Shown piece after piece: positions 1-8,913 of a stretch of DNA of 32,000 bases; the stretch's first letter is position 1, and every line of letters begins with the position of its first letter. A model generated the notes under the pieces. That model did not search any database. It saw only the letters and a list, made by a program, of their open reading frames with translations, and had not been told where the DNA came from. Both the position numbers and the translations under genes were made by a program. This DNA is from an uncultured archaeon (GTDB lineage: Archaea; Iainarchaeota; Iainarchaeia; Iainarchaeales; JAAZKV01), in the NCBI GenBank assembly GCA_964551375.1, contig CAZKBG010000001.1, positions 897,329 through 929,328 of the forward strand. Reading direction: 5' to 3'.

Positions 1-983
1 CAGGAGAAGCTGTTGGAATAGTTGCAGCGCAGTCCCTTGGAGAGCCAGGAACACAATTAACATTAAGAACAAAGCACTTCGCAGGAGCTGCGGAAGTATC
101 CGTTGGTTCTGGAATTCAGAGAGTGGAAGAAATTGTTGACGGACGAAGCAAAGCAAAGTACCCGACAATGACAATATTTTTAGCAAGCGAATTTAGAAAA
201 GACAAGGACAAAGCTGAAAAATTCGCAAGAAGCTTAATTGATGTGAGAGTGCAGGATGTTGTAAAAATAAACGAAGACCTTGAAAACATGAAAGTTGCAA
301 TAGAAATCCAGACAGACAAGACAAAAGCACTTGGATTAAAATCAGACGATGTAGCTGAAATTTTAAAGAAAGGACTAAAAGACTTCAAAGCAATATACAG
401 AGACAACACAGTGCACTTCGCGGTTGAAAAGAAAAGCGAATACCTAAAAATCAGAAAAGAAATGCTAAAACTCTTGGATGAAAAAGTTCACGGAGTAAAA
501 GGAATAACAAAAACATTAATAGTAAAGGAAAAAACAAAAGACACTGAAGAGTTCGTTGTAAAAACAAGCGGAAGCAACCTAAAAGCCGTTTTAAAACTTG
601 AAGGAGTGGACAACGAAAGAGTATTCACTAACGACATAATTGAAACTTCAAAAGTATTAGGAATAGAAGCAGGAAGAAACCTTGTAGTAACAGAGCTGAA
701 GAAAGTTCTTGACGACAACGGAATCAAAGTTGATGTAAGACACATAATGCTTCTTGCGGACCTTATGACTTTCTCAGGAGAAGTAAAAGGAATAGTAAGA
801 ACAGGAATCACAAAAGGAAAAGCATCACCATTCGCAAGAGCTGCGTTCGAAGAAACAACAAAACACCTCCTTGAAGCAGCATTTAAGGGAGAGAGAGAAA
901 ACCTAACAGGAGTAGTAGAAAACATCATTGTTGGCCAGCCAATCAAAGTTGGAACAGGAATTGTTGAACTGCTAATGAAGTGA
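1..983 (+). CDS. rpoA2: DNA-directed RNA polymerase subunit A'' (Rpo1C), 5'-truncated by the window edge
   Basis: Frame 3 is open from nt 3. The first residues, [32 protein letters not shown], match the invariant GEPGTQ-TLRTFH block of the C-terminal half of the largest RNAP subunit. The C-terminal [18 protein letters not shown] is also typical. It is followed by rpl30e-nusA, as in archaeal rpo clusters. Confidence 0.9.
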   Translation, partial: GEAVGIVAAQSLGEPGTQLTLRTKHFAGAAEVSVGSGIQRVEEIVDGRSKAKYPTMTIFLASEFRKDKDKAEKFARSLIDVRVQDVVKINEDLENMKVAIEIQTDKTKALGLKSDDVAEILKKGLKDFKAIYRDNTVHFAVEKKSEYLKIRKEMLKLLDEKVHGVKGITKTLIVKEKTKDTEEFVVKTSGSNLKAVLKLEGVDNERVFTNDIIETSKVLGIEAGRNLVVTELKKVLDDNGIKVDVRHIMLLADLMTFSGEVKGIVRTGITKGKASPFARAAFEETTKHLLEAAFKGERENLTGVVENIIVGQPIKVGTGIVELLMK

Positions 984-1012
984 AAGATAGGATTGATTAA
1001 AGTTAAGGGATT

Positions 1013-1042
1013 TGGCGGGAAAAAGCTTCTCGCCAGATTTTT
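1013..1042 (+). terminator. hairpin plus T5 downstream of rpoA2
   Basis: tggcgggaa/ttctcgcca forms a 9-bp stem (one G-U) with a 5-nt loop at 1013-1035. TTTTT follows at 1038-1042, 30 nt after the rpoA2 stop. Confidence 0.45.
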
Positions 1043-1165
1043 AAACCTTGGCTAAAGTTAAGTTTTATATTAAAGCCTTGAGAAGCATTAGAGCGGAGTA
1101 AGGTTAGAAAAGATTACTCATTCTAAGTTCGCGTTTTAGGGCTCATAACAGCAAAAGGTGAAATT

Positions 1166-1462
1166 ATGAGCGTAGATGCAAATAAGGAAATAAGAAGAGC
1201 AGTAGACACAGGAAAAGTAGCGTTCGGATTCAAACAATGCAAGAAAAAAATGCTTGCAAACGAAGGCGAAATGCTAATCGTGTCAAAAAACATGCCGAAA
1301 AACGATAGAGAAACTCTAAAGCAGATAGCAACAGTTGAAAGCAAAAAATACTACGAATACGACGGAACAGGACTAGTTCTTGGAAGCGTATGCGGAAAGC
1401 CGTTTGTTATATCAACAATGCTAATCCTTGACGCAGGAAAAAGCAAAGTGCTTGAAATCTAA
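1166..1462 (+). CDS. rpl30e: 50S ribosomal protein L30e
   Basis: 98 aa. IRRAVDTGKVAFGFKQCKK...LIVSKNMP...YEYDGTGLVLGSVCGKPFVISTMLILD matches the L30e/L7Ae-fold pattern. GGTGA lies 4 nt upstream of the ATG. It holds the canonical position between rpoA2 and nusA. Confidence 0.9.
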   Translation: MSVDANKEIRRAVDTGKVAFGFKQCKKKMLANEGEMLIVSKNMPKNDRETLKQIATVESKKYYEYDGTGLVLGSVCGKPFVISTMLILDAGKSKVLEI

Positions 1463-1474
1463 AAATGGCGTGAA

Positions 1475-1511
1475 TTTGCTGTAATTAATTTTGCAGCAAA
1501 ATTATTTTTAT
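1475..1511 (+). terminator. hairpin plus T-rich tract between rpl30e and nusA
   Basis: tttgctgtaa/ttgcagcaaa forms a 10-bp stem (one G-U) with a 6-nt loop at 1475-1500, followed by attatttttat. Confidence 0.35.
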
Positions 1512-1527
1512 AAAATTGGTGGGCGAA

Positions 1528-1923
1528 ATGAAACTAACAATGGACGACTTATTATTAATGAGCGCGCTTGAAAAAGTTACAGGCGTCAGCGCAAAAGACT
1601 GCTTAGTTGAAGGACAATTGGTTTCATTCTTGATTAACGAAAAAGACATGGGCAAAGCAATAGGAAAAAAAGCAATAAATGTGAAAACCCTGCAGGAAAA
1701 GCTAAATAAAAGAATAGAACTGCTCCCTTATTTTGAAAAAGCGGAAGATGTATTTGCAAAATCACTTGAAATTGACTACGTTACTGCAAGAAAAACAGCT
1801 GATAAAATAATTGTAATGCTTGATGCGCAGAATAAGGCAAAAGCATTCAAAAACAACTCCAGAATAAAAAGAGTTAGAGAAATAATTCAGAGAAATTTTG
1901 GACTTGAACTAGTTATAAGTTAA
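1528..1923 (+). CDS. nusA: archaeal NusA-like transcription termination/antitermination factor (two KH domains)
   Basis: Size (~131 aa), KH-like GKAIGKKAINVKTLQEKL and position between rpl30e and rps12. I prefer ATG 1528 (GGTGGG at 1518-1523) over the ORF-track TTG 1516. Confidence 0.8.
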   Translation: MKLTMDDLLLMSALEKVTGVSAKDCLVEGQLVSFLINEKDMGKAIGKKAINVKTLQEKLNKRIELLPYFEKAEDVFAKSLEIDYVTARKTADKIIVMLDAQNKAKAFKNNSRIKRVREIIQRNFGLELVIS

Positions 1924-1985
1924 AAGAACTGCTATGCTAAACTGGATATTTCTCCATAAGTGCCTGGCTAAAATTGTTAGGCTTA

Positions 1986-2549
1986 TTAGTTGGGTTTTTT
2001 CACATTCTCAATAATTTTTTCAAGAAGCGGCTTAAATTCATTATATCCGGAAGCCGAATTAAAATGCCCCGCGTTTGGAATCATCACAAATTCTCCGCCA
2101 AGCTTCTCGATTAATTCTTTTGACTTCTCCATTGGCACCCAAGGGTCGTTGTTTGAAGCAAACATCACAAATTTTCTTGATTTGGATTTTATTTTAACCC
2201 AGTCAAAGTTTCTTTCTGCCAAGTTTTTATTTAATTTATCAATATCTTTTCCAAGCGCGCCAGTGAATCCCGCGACAAAATAACATCCAACTGCTGGAGA
2301 CTTTAATTTTTCAAGAACTGAAAGAATAAATGCGCACCCAACGCTGTGCCCGATAAAAATTGCCCCCTCATCCAAATCCTTAATGTACTTGTCAATCATG
2401 TGCATCCAAATATCAATAGTCTGCCCCTGAGGAGTGGGTAAGTCAGGAACAACAACATCAATTCCTAATTTTGAAAGATTCTGCCTCAGCCAAGGCAGCC
2501 AATTCTCTTTGGAATTTCCAAAAGCGCCGTGAATAATAAAAGCCTTCAT
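1986..2549 (-). CDS. alpha/beta-fold serine hydrolase, YdeN/RBBP9-like
   Basis: 187 aa with N-terminal IIHGAFGNSKENWLPWL, nucleophile elbow GHSVG, NNDPWVP (Asp) and NAGHFN (His). This layout matches the small YdeN-type Ser hydrolases. Confidence 0.7.
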   Translation of the reverse strand: MKAFIIHGAFGNSKENWLPWLRQNLSKLGIDVVVPDLPTPQGQTIDIWMHMIDKYIKDLDEGAIFIGHSVGCAFILSVLEKLKSPAVGCYFVAGFTGALGKDIDKLNKNLAERNFDWVKIKSKSRKFVMFASNNDPWVPMEKSKELIEKLGGEFVMIPNAGHFNSASGYNEFKPLLEKIIENVKKPN

Positions 2550-2583
2550 AAAAACACCAAAGTAAAAAGAACGCTATAGTATA

Positions 2584-3315
2584 TTATTCTATTGGATTAA
2601 GCTTCCAATAAATCCTTCTATTCTCTGCGCCCTTATTTTTCATATCTGTAATTATAATTTTCCCGACTTCTTTAGTGCTTTTTACGTGAGTTCCGCCGTC
2701 GGCCTGGACATCAAAATCGCCGATTGAGAGAATTCTAAACACAGGAATATCCTTTGGAAGCTTGTCCTTGAGCCTAAAAAGCTCGGGCCTTTCAAGAGCT
2801 TTTTCCCTTTCTTCAAAAGAAATCACAATCGGCAAATCTTTTGCAACAATTTCATTGGCCTTATCCTGAATTGAAGTAAGATACGCCCTGTCAAAATCTT
2901 TTACTGAAAAATCCATTCTGGATTCTTCTGCCCCTAATTGATTTCCTGTAATTAAATTTTTTGTTTCTTGAAAAATAATTGCTGCTAAGATGTGCGCGCT
3001 TGTGTGCATCCGCATATGCTTATATCTCAAATCCCAGTCAATCACACACTTTACTTCATCGCCGATTTTTAACCCCTCTCCATTTTCAAGCTCGTGCAAA
3101 GTTAGATTATTTTCATTTTTAACCGAAATAACTTTGAATACTTTTGAGTCAGAAAGGCGGGTAATTGTTCCAGTGTCGCTTGGCTGTCCTCCGCTTTGGG
3201 CATAAAAAACTGTTTTATCCAGCTCAATTTTATTTGGATTAATCGGGTCAATGAGAGTAATTTTAGAAATGCATTCTTTGATGTATGAATACTTTAAATG
3301 AATCTTTTCAATCAT
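2584..3315 (-). CDS. alaX: AlaX-type alanyl-tRNA editing protein (tRNA synthetase second additional domain)
   Basis: 243 aa with SGGQPSDTG, zinc motif HTSAH (HxxxH) and a distal DGGTHV where the family normally has CGGTH. The size fits AlaX-M. Confidence 0.75.
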   Translation of the reverse strand: MIEKIHLKYSYIKECISKITLIDPINPNKIELDKTVFYAQSGGQPSDTGTITRLSDSKVFKVISVKNENNLTLHELENGEGLKIGDEVKCVIDWDLRYKHMRMHTSAHILAAIIFQETKNLITGNQLGAEESRMDFSVKDFDRAYLTSIQDKANEIVAKDLPIVISFEEREKALERPELFRLKDKLPKDIPVFRILSIGDFDVQADGGTHVKSTKEVGKIIITDMKNKGAENRRIYWKLNPIE

Positions 3316-3339
3316 GCAATAAAACTGAAATAAAGGGTT

Positions 3340-4185
3340 TTAATTCGTATTTGATAACTGCTCTTTTAAAAATATTTTAGTCAAAGGCTTGTGATTTTCC
3401 CTAAAACCCGCGGAAAGCGCGGCTAAATATTTATCTTTGTTTTTGAATAAAGGATTGATAAATGAAAATCCGTTTTTTTCAAGAATCAAATTTGAAATAA
3501 GAAGCGCTGGGAAGTAATTCCCCTGAGAAAAAGGGCTGATTGAAGAAAATTTAGCATGAAATTTTGCGGAAAACTCAATAGGGTGGATTAATTTTGATTT
3601 TTCATTAATCCATTCAAGAAGAATGTTCATTAAACTCTCAATCTCATTTGGAGAAGGGAACCTAAAAGGCTCAACTGAGGGGAGATCTGTTGCGCGGTAT
3701 CCAAAATGCTGGTTTGAACTGTAAATAGAATTATGCAAATCAATAATTGATTCCTTTGAAATCGGGACATTTGATTTTAGAAGCTCTTCATACTTAAAAA
3801 TGCATTTTTCAAACTTAAATTCGCCCTTTTTTTTAGATTCAAGCAAATATGCTTTGATAAGTTCAACTCTTTTTGTGTGCAAATTAGCAAGCAGCTGGTT
3901 TGAAGGAGTAAGTTTTTGCGCTTTTAGCCTCTTTTTCCTCAACTTGTCATGGATTTTGGCGGTTCGATTTGAAATAAACTCAGTCAAAGGCGGAGTAAGA
4001 ATTGGGTGGTTAAATTTGGCGCATTTCTTTTTTAGTTCATCAAATGCTTTGAGCAAAATCTCGTTTGAAGGGCTGATGGGGCCAAGATAAATGCTTGGCT
4101 TTAGCAGTTTACCCCCGTGGAGAAATGACTCCTCAAGATAATAGTACTTGTTTTTTTTGACAAAACGCTGGCTGATGTAGCTCAT
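3340..4185 (-). CDS. Fic-domain-like protein with degenerate active-site motif
   Basis: 281 aa. IHPIEFSAKFHAKFSSISPFSQGNYFPALLISNLILEKNGF aligns by eye to the Fic core HPhxxAxxxHxxFxxIHPFxDGNGRxxRLLxxLxLxxxGY, but the HPFxDGNGRxxR motif reads SPFSQGNYFPAL (nt 3502-3537). Confidence 0.55.
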   Translation of the reverse strand: MSYISQRFVKKNKYYYLEESFLHGGKLLKPSIYLGPISPSNEILLKAFDELKKKCAKFNHPILTPPLTEFISNRTAKIHDKLRKKRLKAQKLTPSNQLLANLHTKRVELIKAYLLESKKKGEFKFEKCIFKYEELLKSNVPISKESIIDLHNSIYSSNQHFGYRATDLPSVEPFRFPSPNEIESLMNILLEWINEKSKLIHPIEFSAKFHAKFSSISPFSQGNYFPALLISNLILEKNGFSFINPLFKNKDKYLAALSAGFRENHKPLTKIFLKEQLSNTN

Positions 4186-4340
4186 AATAGAGTTTTAGGC
4201 GGATAAGCATATAAATTTGTGGTGATAACTAACTTGAAGGGTTTTGTGAGCATTTAAAAAGATTTGCTTTAAGGAGTTAGATAGTTGGTGAGCAGGAAAC
4301 AAAATTTCTTGACTTATGTTAAGTGTCGAAGAGTGATTAA

Positions 4341-4772
4341 ATGGGTAATGGAGAATTTGCAGGTTCAGGAATGGAAAAAAAGCGAAGAAAGTGGAGAAAG
4401 AAAGACGCTAGATCCATAAAGAAAACAAGACTAAAGAATAATATTTTCAAAGACTTATTAGAAGGAGCGCCTCAAGGAAGAGGAATCGTACTCGAAAAAA
4501 GAGGAGTTGAAGCAAAACAGCCAAACTCAGGAATTCGAAAGTGCGTAAGAGTTCAGCTTATTAAAAACGGAAGAGAACTAACAGCTCTTGCGCCATACGA
4601 CGGAGCAATAAAATTCATTGATGAACATGATGAAGTTGTTGTTGAAGGACTTGGCGGAGCACAGAACGGACCAAAAGGCGACTTGTGGGGAGTTAAGTAC
4701 AGAGTAACTCACGTAAACGGAATTAGCCTTGAAATGCTAAGAACAGGAAAGAAAGAGAAGACAAAAAGGTAA
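4341..4772 (+). CDS. rps12: 30S ribosomal protein S12 (uS12)
   Basis: [43 protein letters not shown]...[13 protein letters not shown] is the archaeal S12/eukaryotic S23 signature. It is followed by rps7. Confidence 0.95.
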   Translation: MGNGEFAGSGMEKKRRKWRKKDARSIKKTRLKNNIFKDLLEGAPQGRGIVLEKRGVEAKQPNSGIRKCVRVQLIKNGRELTALAPYDGAIKFIDEHDEVVVEGLGGAQNGPKGDLWGVKYRVTHVNGISLEMLRTGKKEKTKR

Positions 4773-4803
4773 AGTTTAGTTTTACAAATCTGAGGATGAT
4801 GGA

Positions 4804-5616
4804 ATGGATAAAGTTGAAGCAAAAGTTGAAGCAAAAGTTGCACCAGCTGCGGCTGAAGCACCAAAAACAGCTCCTGCTCAAAAAGCAGAGCATGCAAAAG
4901 AAGCTAAGCAGGAAGCAAAAGCTAGCGCAAAAGCGCCCGCTGCAAAAAGCGCAGAGCACCCAAAGACTGAAGAAGCAAAACCATTTTTTGTAAAAAAGAA
5001 AAGCCAATTCTCAGATTATAAACTATTCAACAAGTGGTCATTTAACGATGTAATGATAACAGACCCAAGCCTTGTAAAATACATGAACATAGACCCAATC
5101 ATTATCCCTCATTCATTTGGAAGAAAGACGCAGGGAAGATTTGAAAAAGCAAATTTGAATGTTGTAGAAAGACTTGTAAACAAAATAATGAGGTCCGGAC
5201 AAGGAAAAAGAAAACTATCAGGCAAATTCATAAGAGGCAGAGGAAGCTGCGGAAAGAAAATGGAAGCAATGCAGATAGTTGAAGGCGCATTTGAAATAAT
5301 TGAAAAGCAGAAGAAGCAAAACCCTATTCAGGTTCTTGTAAAAGCTGTTGAAAACTCAGCTCCAAGAGAAGATGTAACAAGAATCAAAAGAGGGGGAGTT
5401 GCATACTCACTTGCTGTTGATGTTTCACCATTAAAGAGACTTGATGAAGCAATCAAAAATATCGCGCTTGGAGGATTTGGAGCATCATTTAATAAAAAAG
5501 TGAGCGCAAGTCAGGCTCTAGCAGACGAAATAATAGCTGCAGCAGGAAATGATATTAAAAGCTCGGCAATAAAGAGAAAAGATGAAGTTGAAAGAATCGC
5601 AAAAGCATCAAGGTAA
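4804..5616 (+). CDS. rps7: 30S ribosomal protein S7 (uS7) with a ~60-70-aa Lys/Ala/Glu/Pro-rich N-terminal extension
   Basis: The core from YKLFNKWSFNDVMITDPSLVKYM to the C-terminal KRKDEVERIAKASR is typical archaeal S7. GAGG lies 9 nt upstream of ATG 4804. At 270 aa it is longer than usual archaeal S7 because of the low-complexity head (nt 4804-4980). Confidence 0.9.
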   Translation: MDKVEAKVEAKVAPAAAEAPKTAPAQKAEHAKEAKQEAKASAKAPAAKSAEHPKTEEAKPFFVKKKSQFSDYKLFNKWSFNDVMITDPSLVKYMNIDPIIIPHSFGRKTQGRFEKANLNVVERLVNKIMRSGQGKRKLSGKFIRGRGSCGKKMEAMQIVEGAFEIIEKQKKQNPIQVLVKAVENSAPREDVTRIKRGGVAYSLAVDVSPLKRLDEAIKNIALGGFGASFNKKVSASQALADEIIAAAGNDIKSSAIKRKDEVERIAKASR

Positions 5617-5726
5617 TTGATAAAACTTTTAGCGAAACTTGCGGGACTCAATGTCCTGCAAAATTATTTTTACTTTCTTTGACTCAGGTGAGGGTTGAAG
5701 AGGTTAAGCATAAATTGGTGGTTAAT

Positions 5727-7925
5727 TTGGGACGAACAGAATCAATGGTTGAATTAGTAGAAACATTAATGAGCAACAGAGATCATATCCGAAACATCGG
5801 AACAGTAGCGCACATCGATCACGGCAAAACTACTTTATCTGACTCGCTAATCGCAGCAGCAGGACTAATTAACCAAGACTTGGCAGGCCAAGTACAGATG
5901 ATGGATTACGAAGACCAGGAACAGGACAGAGGAATCACAATTAACGCCGCTAACATATCACTTGCATTTGACTGGAAAAACCAGAAATACTTAGTAAACT
6001 TAATTGACACACCAGGACACGTTGACTTCACAGGAGAAGTAATTAGAGCAATGAGAGCCGTTGACGGAGTAATACTATTAGTTGACGCAGTTGAAGGAGT
6101 AATGCCTCAGACTGAAACAGTAATAAGACAAGCTCTAAGAGAATATGTTCGGCCTGTTTTATTCATAAATAAAGTTGACAGAATTATAAAGGAATTAAAC
6201 GCAAACGAACAGCAAATGCAGGAAAAGTTCGTAAAAGTAATTGCAAAAGTTAACACTTTAATTGAAAGAAACGCTCCTGAACAATTCAAAAGCGAATGGC
6301 AGGTAAGCATACAAAAAGGAACTGTGGCATTCGGCTCAGCTAAAAAGAAATGGGGAGTAAGCGCGCAGTACATGCAAAAATCAGGGATAAACTTCAAACA
6401 GGTTTATGATTATTTAAAAAACGACAAGCAGGAAGAACTTGCAAAAATATCTCCAGTGCACGAAGTAGTACTGCAGATGGTTGCAGAACACCTTCCAAGC
6501 CCAAAGAAAGCGCAGACATACAGAATACAAAAAATCTGGAATGGGGACATGACAATCCCTGCAGCAAAATCAATGACAACTTGCGACGAAAAAGGACCGA
6601 TAACAATGGTTGTTACAGATGTATCAGTTGACCCTCACGCAGGGGATGTTGCAACAGGAAGAATATACTCAGGAACTTTAGCTCCAGGCGCAATGGTTCA
6701 CTTACTGGGAGCTCATAGAGAAGTAAAAGTATCAAAAGTTGGAGTATACATGGGAAACGAATTTGTTACAATATCAAAAGCAGAAGCAGGAAATATTGCA
6801 GCAATCGTTGGAACAAAAGATATTTACGCAGGAGAAACAGTTGCTACAGATAAAGAAGTAAAGCCGTTTGAAAGCTTCATGAGTAACGCTGAACCAGTAA
6901 TGACAGTTTCAATTGAAGCAAAGAATCCAAAAGATTTGCCAAAATTAATTGAAGCACTAAGAAAATTATCCAAAGAAGATCCTAACTTAAGAACAACAAT
7001 CAACCAAGAAACAGGAGAACACTTACTATCAGGAATGGGAGAATTGCACTTAGAAGTTAACACATACAGAATTGTTAACAACCACAAAATTGAGATTCAG
7101 ACATCTCCTCCAATCGTTGTTTTCCACGAAGGAATAGAAGGCGAGAGCGCAGTGCTTGAAGCAAAGTCACCAAACAAACACAACAAATTCAAGTTGAGAG
7201 TTGTGCCAATGCCTGAAAATATTTACCAAAAACTATCTGAACTAACTACTCCAATCGGAAAAGTAAAGTTCAAAAACGCTGACTCAATTGCAAAACTACA
7301 AGCAGTTGGATTCTCAACTGATGACTCAAAGAAAGTATGGGCAGTTGAAGGAAACAGCGCATTAATAGACAAGACAAGAGGAATCACAGCTCTGCACGAA
7401 ATTAGAGAACTAGTAATCCAGGCATTTAAGGACGCAATAGAACAGGGTCCACTTGCAAAAGAAAAATGCCAAGGAATTTTAGTAGAACTTGACGATGCAA
7501 CTCTGCACGAAGACTCAATCCACAGAGGACCAGCACAAGTACTGCCAGCAGTAACACGCGGAATATACGCATGCATGCTGCAAGCAGGAACAATGCTGTA
7601 CGAACCAAAACAGTTATTGACTGTGACAGTTCCAGAAGACCAAATGGGAGCAGCTTCACGCGAATTAGGCGGAAGAAGAGTGCAGATTACAGAAATGAGA
7701 CAAGAAGGAGACTCATCAATCATAATCGGAAAAGCTCCGGTAAAAGAATTAATCGGGTTCTCAAGCGCAATGAGAGGCGCAACACAAGGAAGAGCAGTAT
7801 GGACAGCAGAATACTACGGATACGAACTACTTCCAAGAGACTTGCAGCTCTCAACTGTAAAAGAAATCAGAAAGAGAAAAGGAATGCCAGACGAAATCAA
7901 AACATGGCAGTTCTTCCTAGATTAA
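5727..7925 (+). CDS. fusA: translation elongation factor aEF-2
   Basis: GTPase motifs AHIDHGKTT, DTPGH and NKVDR, plus the diphthamide-site context HEDSIHRGPAQ. TTG 5727 gives MGRTESMVELVETLMSNRDH-IRNIG. This leaves the same 20-residue spacing before IRNIG as the aEF-2 N-termini I remember. GGTGG lies 5 nt upstream. The ORF track extends to TTG 5679, and ATG 5745 is the alternative. Confidence 0.92.
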   Translation: MGRTESMVELVETLMSNRDHIRNIGTVAHIDHGKTTLSDSLIAAAGLINQDLAGQVQMMDYEDQEQDRGITINAANISLAFDWKNQKYLVNLIDTPGHVDFTGEVIRAMRAVDGVILLVDAVEGVMPQTETVIRQALREYVRPVLFINKVDRIIKELNANEQQMQEKFVKVIAKVNTLIERNAPEQFKSEWQVSIQKGTVAFGSAKKKWGVSAQYMQKSGINFKQVYDYLKNDKQEELAKISPVHEVVLQMVAEHLPSPKKAQTYRIQKIWNGDMTIPAAKSMTTCDEKGPITMVVTDVSVDPHAGDVATGRIYSGTLAPGAMVHLLGAHREVKVSKVGVYMGNEFVTISKAEAGNIAAIVGTKDIYAGETVATDKEVKPFESFMSNAEPVMTVSIEAKNPKDLPKLIEALRKLSKEDPNLRTTINQETGEHLLSGMGELHLEVNTYRIVNNHKIEIQTSPPIVVFHEGIEGESAVLEAKSPNKHNKFKLRVVPMPENIYQKLSELTTPIGKVKFKNADSIAKLQAVGFSTDDSKKVWAVEGNSALIDKTRGITALHEIRELVIQAFKDAIEQGPLAKEKCQGILVELDDATLHEDSIHRGPAQVLPAVTRGIYACMLQAGTMLYEPKQLLTVTVPEDQMGAASRELGGRRVQITEMRQEGDSSIIIGKAPVKELIGFSSAMRGATQGRAVWTAEYYGYELLPRDLQLSTVKEIRKRKGMPDEIKTWQFFLD

Positions 7926-7935
7926 ACACTAACTT

Positions 7936-7974
7936 AGTACAATCGCAAATGCGGTTGTACTTTTCTATTTTTTT
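7936..7974 (+). terminator. hairpin plus oligo-T downstream of aEF-2
   Basis: agtacaatcgc-aaat-gcggttgtact forms an 11-bp stem (one G-U) with a 4-nt loop at 7936-7961, running into ttttctattttttt (7961-7974). Confidence 0.55.
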
Positions 7975-8012
7975 AGATTTTAATTTTTTTTGAATTTATT
8001 TTTTTTAACTAG

Positions 8013-8807
8013 TTATAACTTAAACAGCTTTTCGGCGTTGCCGTGCATTGTTAATTCAAGTTCTTTTTTAGTAAAATCAAGGCTTTTTGTGAAATCAATA
8101 TAAGGTTTTGCTGGAGTTAGGGGAAAGTCAGTTCCGAATAGGAGCTTATGCCCGGCTTCGTAATTGATTAAGTCATTCATTTTTGCTTTCATCAATGGGT
8201 AGAGGCGAGCTTGGGTTTCATAATAAAAGAATCCTGAAATATCAGCATATACATTCTCGTTCTTGTACAAAACTTCCATCGCATCAATAATCCAAGGATT
8301 GCCGCAGTGAGCCATTATTATTTTTAGTTTAGGATTATCCACTGCAAGCTCGTCAATCTGAAGCGGATGGGAGAATTTTAGTTTAGCTGTCTCGTAAAGA
8401 GTATCCCCTGTGTGAAACATAATTGGAAAATCATATTTTTCACAAAGCTCATAAAAAGGCTCAAGAAGTTTGTCATTAACAAAAATATGCTGATATCCTA
8501 AATACACTTTCACTCCGACAATTTTCGTTTGTTTGAATAATTCCTCAATTTCTTTCTTTTGTTTTCCTAAATCTTCCCTAATGTCAATTCCTGCAATCAC
8601 TTTAAACGAGTCCGAAACTTTGTATTTCTCAATCACATCAATACTTTCCTGATTTGTGAGAAGCTCTGGATTAATTTTTCCGCCAATAACAATTGAGGTA
8701 TCAATTTTATTTGCTTTCATTTCCTTATGCAAGTCAAGAATGGTGACATTTTCAAGTCCAAGAGCTGGGCTCTTCCAAAAATGAGTGTGCGCGTTAATAA
8801 TTTTCAT
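8013..8807 (-). CDS. metal-dependent amidohydrolase-fold (TIM barrel) hydrolase, Amidohydro_2-like
   Basis: 264 aa with N-terminal INAHTHFW (HxH metal ligands), internal MFHTGD and IMAHCG, and distal FGTDFP. This is the usual ligand spacing of amidohydrolase-superfamily proteins. Confidence 0.65.
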   Translation of the reverse strand: MKIINAHTHFWKSPALGLENVTILDLHKEMKANKIDTSIVIGGKINPELLTNQESIDVIEKYKVSDSFKVIAGIDIREDLGKQKKEIEELFKQTKIVGVKVYLGYQHIFVNDKLLEPFYELCEKYDFPIMFHTGDTLYETAKLKFSHPLQIDELAVDNPKLKIIMAHCGNPWIIDAMEVLYKNENVYADISGFFYYETQARLYPLMKAKMNDLINYEAGHKLLFGTDFPLTPAKPYIDFTKSLDFTKKELELTMHGNAEKLFKL

Positions 8808-8913
8808 AAAAAAACCTTTTTTATTAATTCTTGTTTATTTTTGCTTACTTTATTTATTATCAGTGCAAAAAGTTCTTAATAGAGTGGCAAAATCAGCTTG
8901 CTTTATTTTGAAA

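Noticed and set aside
998-1062. A 10-nt direct repeat taaagttaag (998-1007 and 1053-1062) flanks the rpoA2 terminator hairpin. I considered a miniature inserted element with target-site duplication. I also considered alternative pairing of gcttctc (1025-1031) with gagaagc (1080-1086).
   Set aside because: The enclosed 45 nt has no terminal inverted repeats. An AT-rich 10-mer repeat is weak evidence. The alternative pairing lies downstream of the terminator, so it cannot act as a classical antiterminator.
4709-5007. Minus-strand ORFs 4709-4897 and 4723-5007, and the alternative plus-frame ORF 4796-4993, over the S7 head.
   Set aside because: All overlap the low-complexity S7 N-terminal region. 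Only the 4804 frame continues into a conserved protein, and repetitive purine-rich sequence keeps several frames open by chance.
7223-7993. ORFs 7223-7723 (minus), 7426-7659 (minus) and 7571-7993 (plus, R/K/N-rich) overlapping the 3' part of aEF-2.
   Set aside because: aEF-2 is unambiguous through this region (diphthamide loop and domain V). The overlapping frames have no motifs and a composition-driven appearance.
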